From: an uncultured Patescibacteria group bacterium
GTDB taxonomy: Bacteria; Patescibacteriota; Microgenomatia; UBA1400; PJMF01
Reading direction: 5' to 3'
Assembly: GCA_905478415.1 (NCBI GenBank)
Contig: CAJQIG010000005.1
Coordinates: 65,598 to 129,597 of the forward strand
Length of the DNA: 64,000 nt
The notes under the pieces are model-generated. The model did not search any database. It had not been told where the DNA came from and saw nothing but the letters and a program-made list of their open reading frames with translations. This document shows, piece by piece, positions 62,274 to 64,000 of the stretch. The position numbers and the translations under genes were made by a program. The number at the start of each line of letters is the position of its first letter. Within the stretch, counting starts at the first letter, position 1.

Positions 62274-63464
62274 ATGAAAGATATAGCTGCGGCTGCAATT
62301 GCAGTCCATCAAAAACATCAAGGTAAACTTGAAGTTGTTTCCAAGGTTTCGATTGAAAACGCTGACGATTTATCACTTGTATACACGCCTGGTGTCGGTG
62401 CAGTTTCCCGTGAGGTAGCTGCAGATGTTACGAAAGCCCGTGAGCTAACCTTAAACGGTCGTACTGTTGCAATTATCTCTGATGGCAGCGCAGTCCTTGG
62501 ACTCGGTGCTATTGGACCGCAAGCAGCCCTCCCGGTGATGGAAGGAAAAGCCTTGTTAATTAAACATTTTTCTGGCCTCGATTCATTTCCACTTGTTATA
62601 GATGCAAGAGATTCATCAGAAATTATCAAGTTCGTTCGCCAGGTTGCCCCAACGTTTTCGGCTATTAATTTAGAAGATATTTCTGCTCCACGCTGTTTTG
62701 AGATTGAAGAATCACTGCAAGATTTAGGTATTCCTGTTTTTCATGATGATCAGCATGGGACAGCCATTGTGGTGGCAGCAGCACTTTTAAATGCAGCTAA
62801 GGTAATCGATAAACCCTACTCTAGTTTGAAAGTTGGAATTATTGGGGCTGGAGCAGCTGGTCTAGCTGTGGCCAAGATGCTTCTCGGAGCAAACTGTCGG
62901 GCCAGCGAGTGTTCGTTTGTTGATAATCTTCCTCGTGTAGCTGACTTGGTTGTCTTTGATAGTAAAGGGGCATTGGTTCGTGGACGTTCAGACATGAATG
63001 TGTATAAGCAAGCAGTTGCAGGAATTAGTAATAAAGAAGCTTTGTCTGGTGCTCCAACATCAGTTTTATCTGGTTTTGATGTGGTAGTTGGTGTATCTGG
63101 ACCGGGTACTATTACTCCTGAAATGATTGCAGTCATGGCTGATAAACCAGTAGTGTTTGCTATGGCTAACCCTGATCCTGAGATTATGCCGGATTTAGCT
63201 CGAGAAGCTGGAGCGTATGTGGTAGCCACAGGTCGAAGCGATTTTCCAAACCAGATAAATAATGTGTTAGCATTTCCAGCAATTTTTAAGATTGCTCATA
63301 CATTACAACTAAGACGTATTTCTATGGAAGTGAAAATAGCTGTTGTAGAAGCATTAGCTTCATTGGTTGAAGAACCGACTCAAGATGAAATAATTGTGTC
63401 ACCATTTTATCCTGATTTAGTTGGAGTACTTACTCAAAAAGTTATTACAAAACTTTCTAGTTAG
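62274..63464 (+). CDS. NAD(P)-dependent malic enzyme
   Basis: YTPGV, VMEGK, NLEDI, HDDQHGTA, GAGAAG and NQINNVLAFP. Confidence 0.95.
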   Translation: MKDIAAAAIAVHQKHQGKLEVVSKVSIENADDLSLVYTPGVGAVSREVAADVTKARELTLNGRTVAIISDGSAVLGLGAIGPQAALPVMEGKALLIKHFSGLDSFPLVIDARDSSEIIKFVRQVAPTFSAINLEDISAPRCFEIEESLQDLGIPVFHDDQHGTAIVVAAALLNAAKVIDKPYSSLKVGIIGAGAAGLAVAKMLLGANCRASECSFVDNLPRVADLVVFDSKGALVRGRSDMNVYKQAVAGISNKEALSGAPTSVLSGFDVVVGVSGPGTITPEMIAVMADKPVVFAMANPDPEIMPDLAREAGAYVVATGRSDFPNQINNVLAFPAIFKIAHTLQLRRISMEVKIAVVEALASLVEEPTQDEIIVSPFYPDLVGVLTQKVITKLSS

Positions 63465-63468
63465 AAAC

Positions 63469-64000
63469 CTAACTTTTTTGAATTGATAGAGTTGGGTATG
63501 GTATATTGATGTTTGCTCTATCTAGAGTATTCTTCACTTCTTCTAAGAGTGTGCTCTTGAGTTGAATGTAATCTTTTGATTCACACCAGACCATCAATGA
63601 AAGTATGATTGCAGAGTCTGCTAATTCATCGACTCTGATTTGAGTGGGATGTGTTTCAGTGTCTATGCTGAGTTCAGTTTGCTTTTGGATCGTTTTCAAA
63701 AGGAGTTGCTTAACTTTCTTAATGTCAGAGTTATAGGCAACACCAATTTTTATATCCACTCTTCTGAGATTTTGTTTTGAGTAGTTAGTTAAGACAGTAC
63801 TGGTGATTTCCGAGTTAGGTACGATGATAGTTTTATTATCTATGGTCAGTAGTACAGTACTAAAAATTTCAATTTTATGAACTGTTCCAGTATATCCATT
63901 TACTTCAATAAAATCACCAACTTTAATGGGTTTTAGTGATAAGATTAGTATGCCACTGGCAAAGTTGCTCATGCTGCCTTGGAGTGCTAATCCAACAGCA
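63469..64000 (-). CDS. mscS: Small-conductance mechanosensitive channel (5' part outside the window)
   Basis: SNFASG..I...KP..VGD.I, VPNS and IPYP. Confidence 0.9.
   Translation of the reverse strand, partial: AVGLALQGSMSNFASGILILSLKPIKVGDFIEVNGYTGTVHKIEIFSTVLLTIDNKTIIVPNSEITSTVLTNYSKQNLRRVDIKIGVAYNSDIKKVKQLLLKTIQKQTELSIDTETHPTQIRVDELADSAIILSLMVWCESKDYIQLKSTLLEEVKNTLDRANINIPYPTLSIQKS

Overview
Chromosomal segment of a reduced-genome bacterium, most likely Patescibacteria/CPR (Microgenomates-like). This is inferred from gene content, a truncated ATP synthase delta subunit, split transketolase and many orphan ORFs; genetic code 11 is used. Core content: mutY, MGMT/ATL, rluB, epmA-efp, pyk, rpsU, proS, prs, secA, serS, lysS (fused to an HD domain), greA, an F1Fo atp operon, mutM, transketolase N/C, truB, a GT4-GH57-GH15-sugar kinase alpha-glucan cluster, malic enzyme and mscS. 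There are six tRNAs (Pro, Leu, Gly, His, Arg, Lys) and two T-box leaders (proS, serS). Most notable: (1) a short non-coding element that sits behind two different tRNAs, each time followed by an exact duplicate of that tRNA's 3' end starting at the same T-loop position; a further copy brackets an AT-rich phosphotransferase gene like a cassette; (2) stacked attachment/recombinase-tail scars downstream of tRNA-His around a decaying ArsR-SRPBCC island; (3) a divergent serpin-like ORF; (4) a serS T-box with an apparently ultrashort Stem I. No CRISPR array, rRNA, or intact integrase/transposase was seen. All calls are by eye; no database searches were run.
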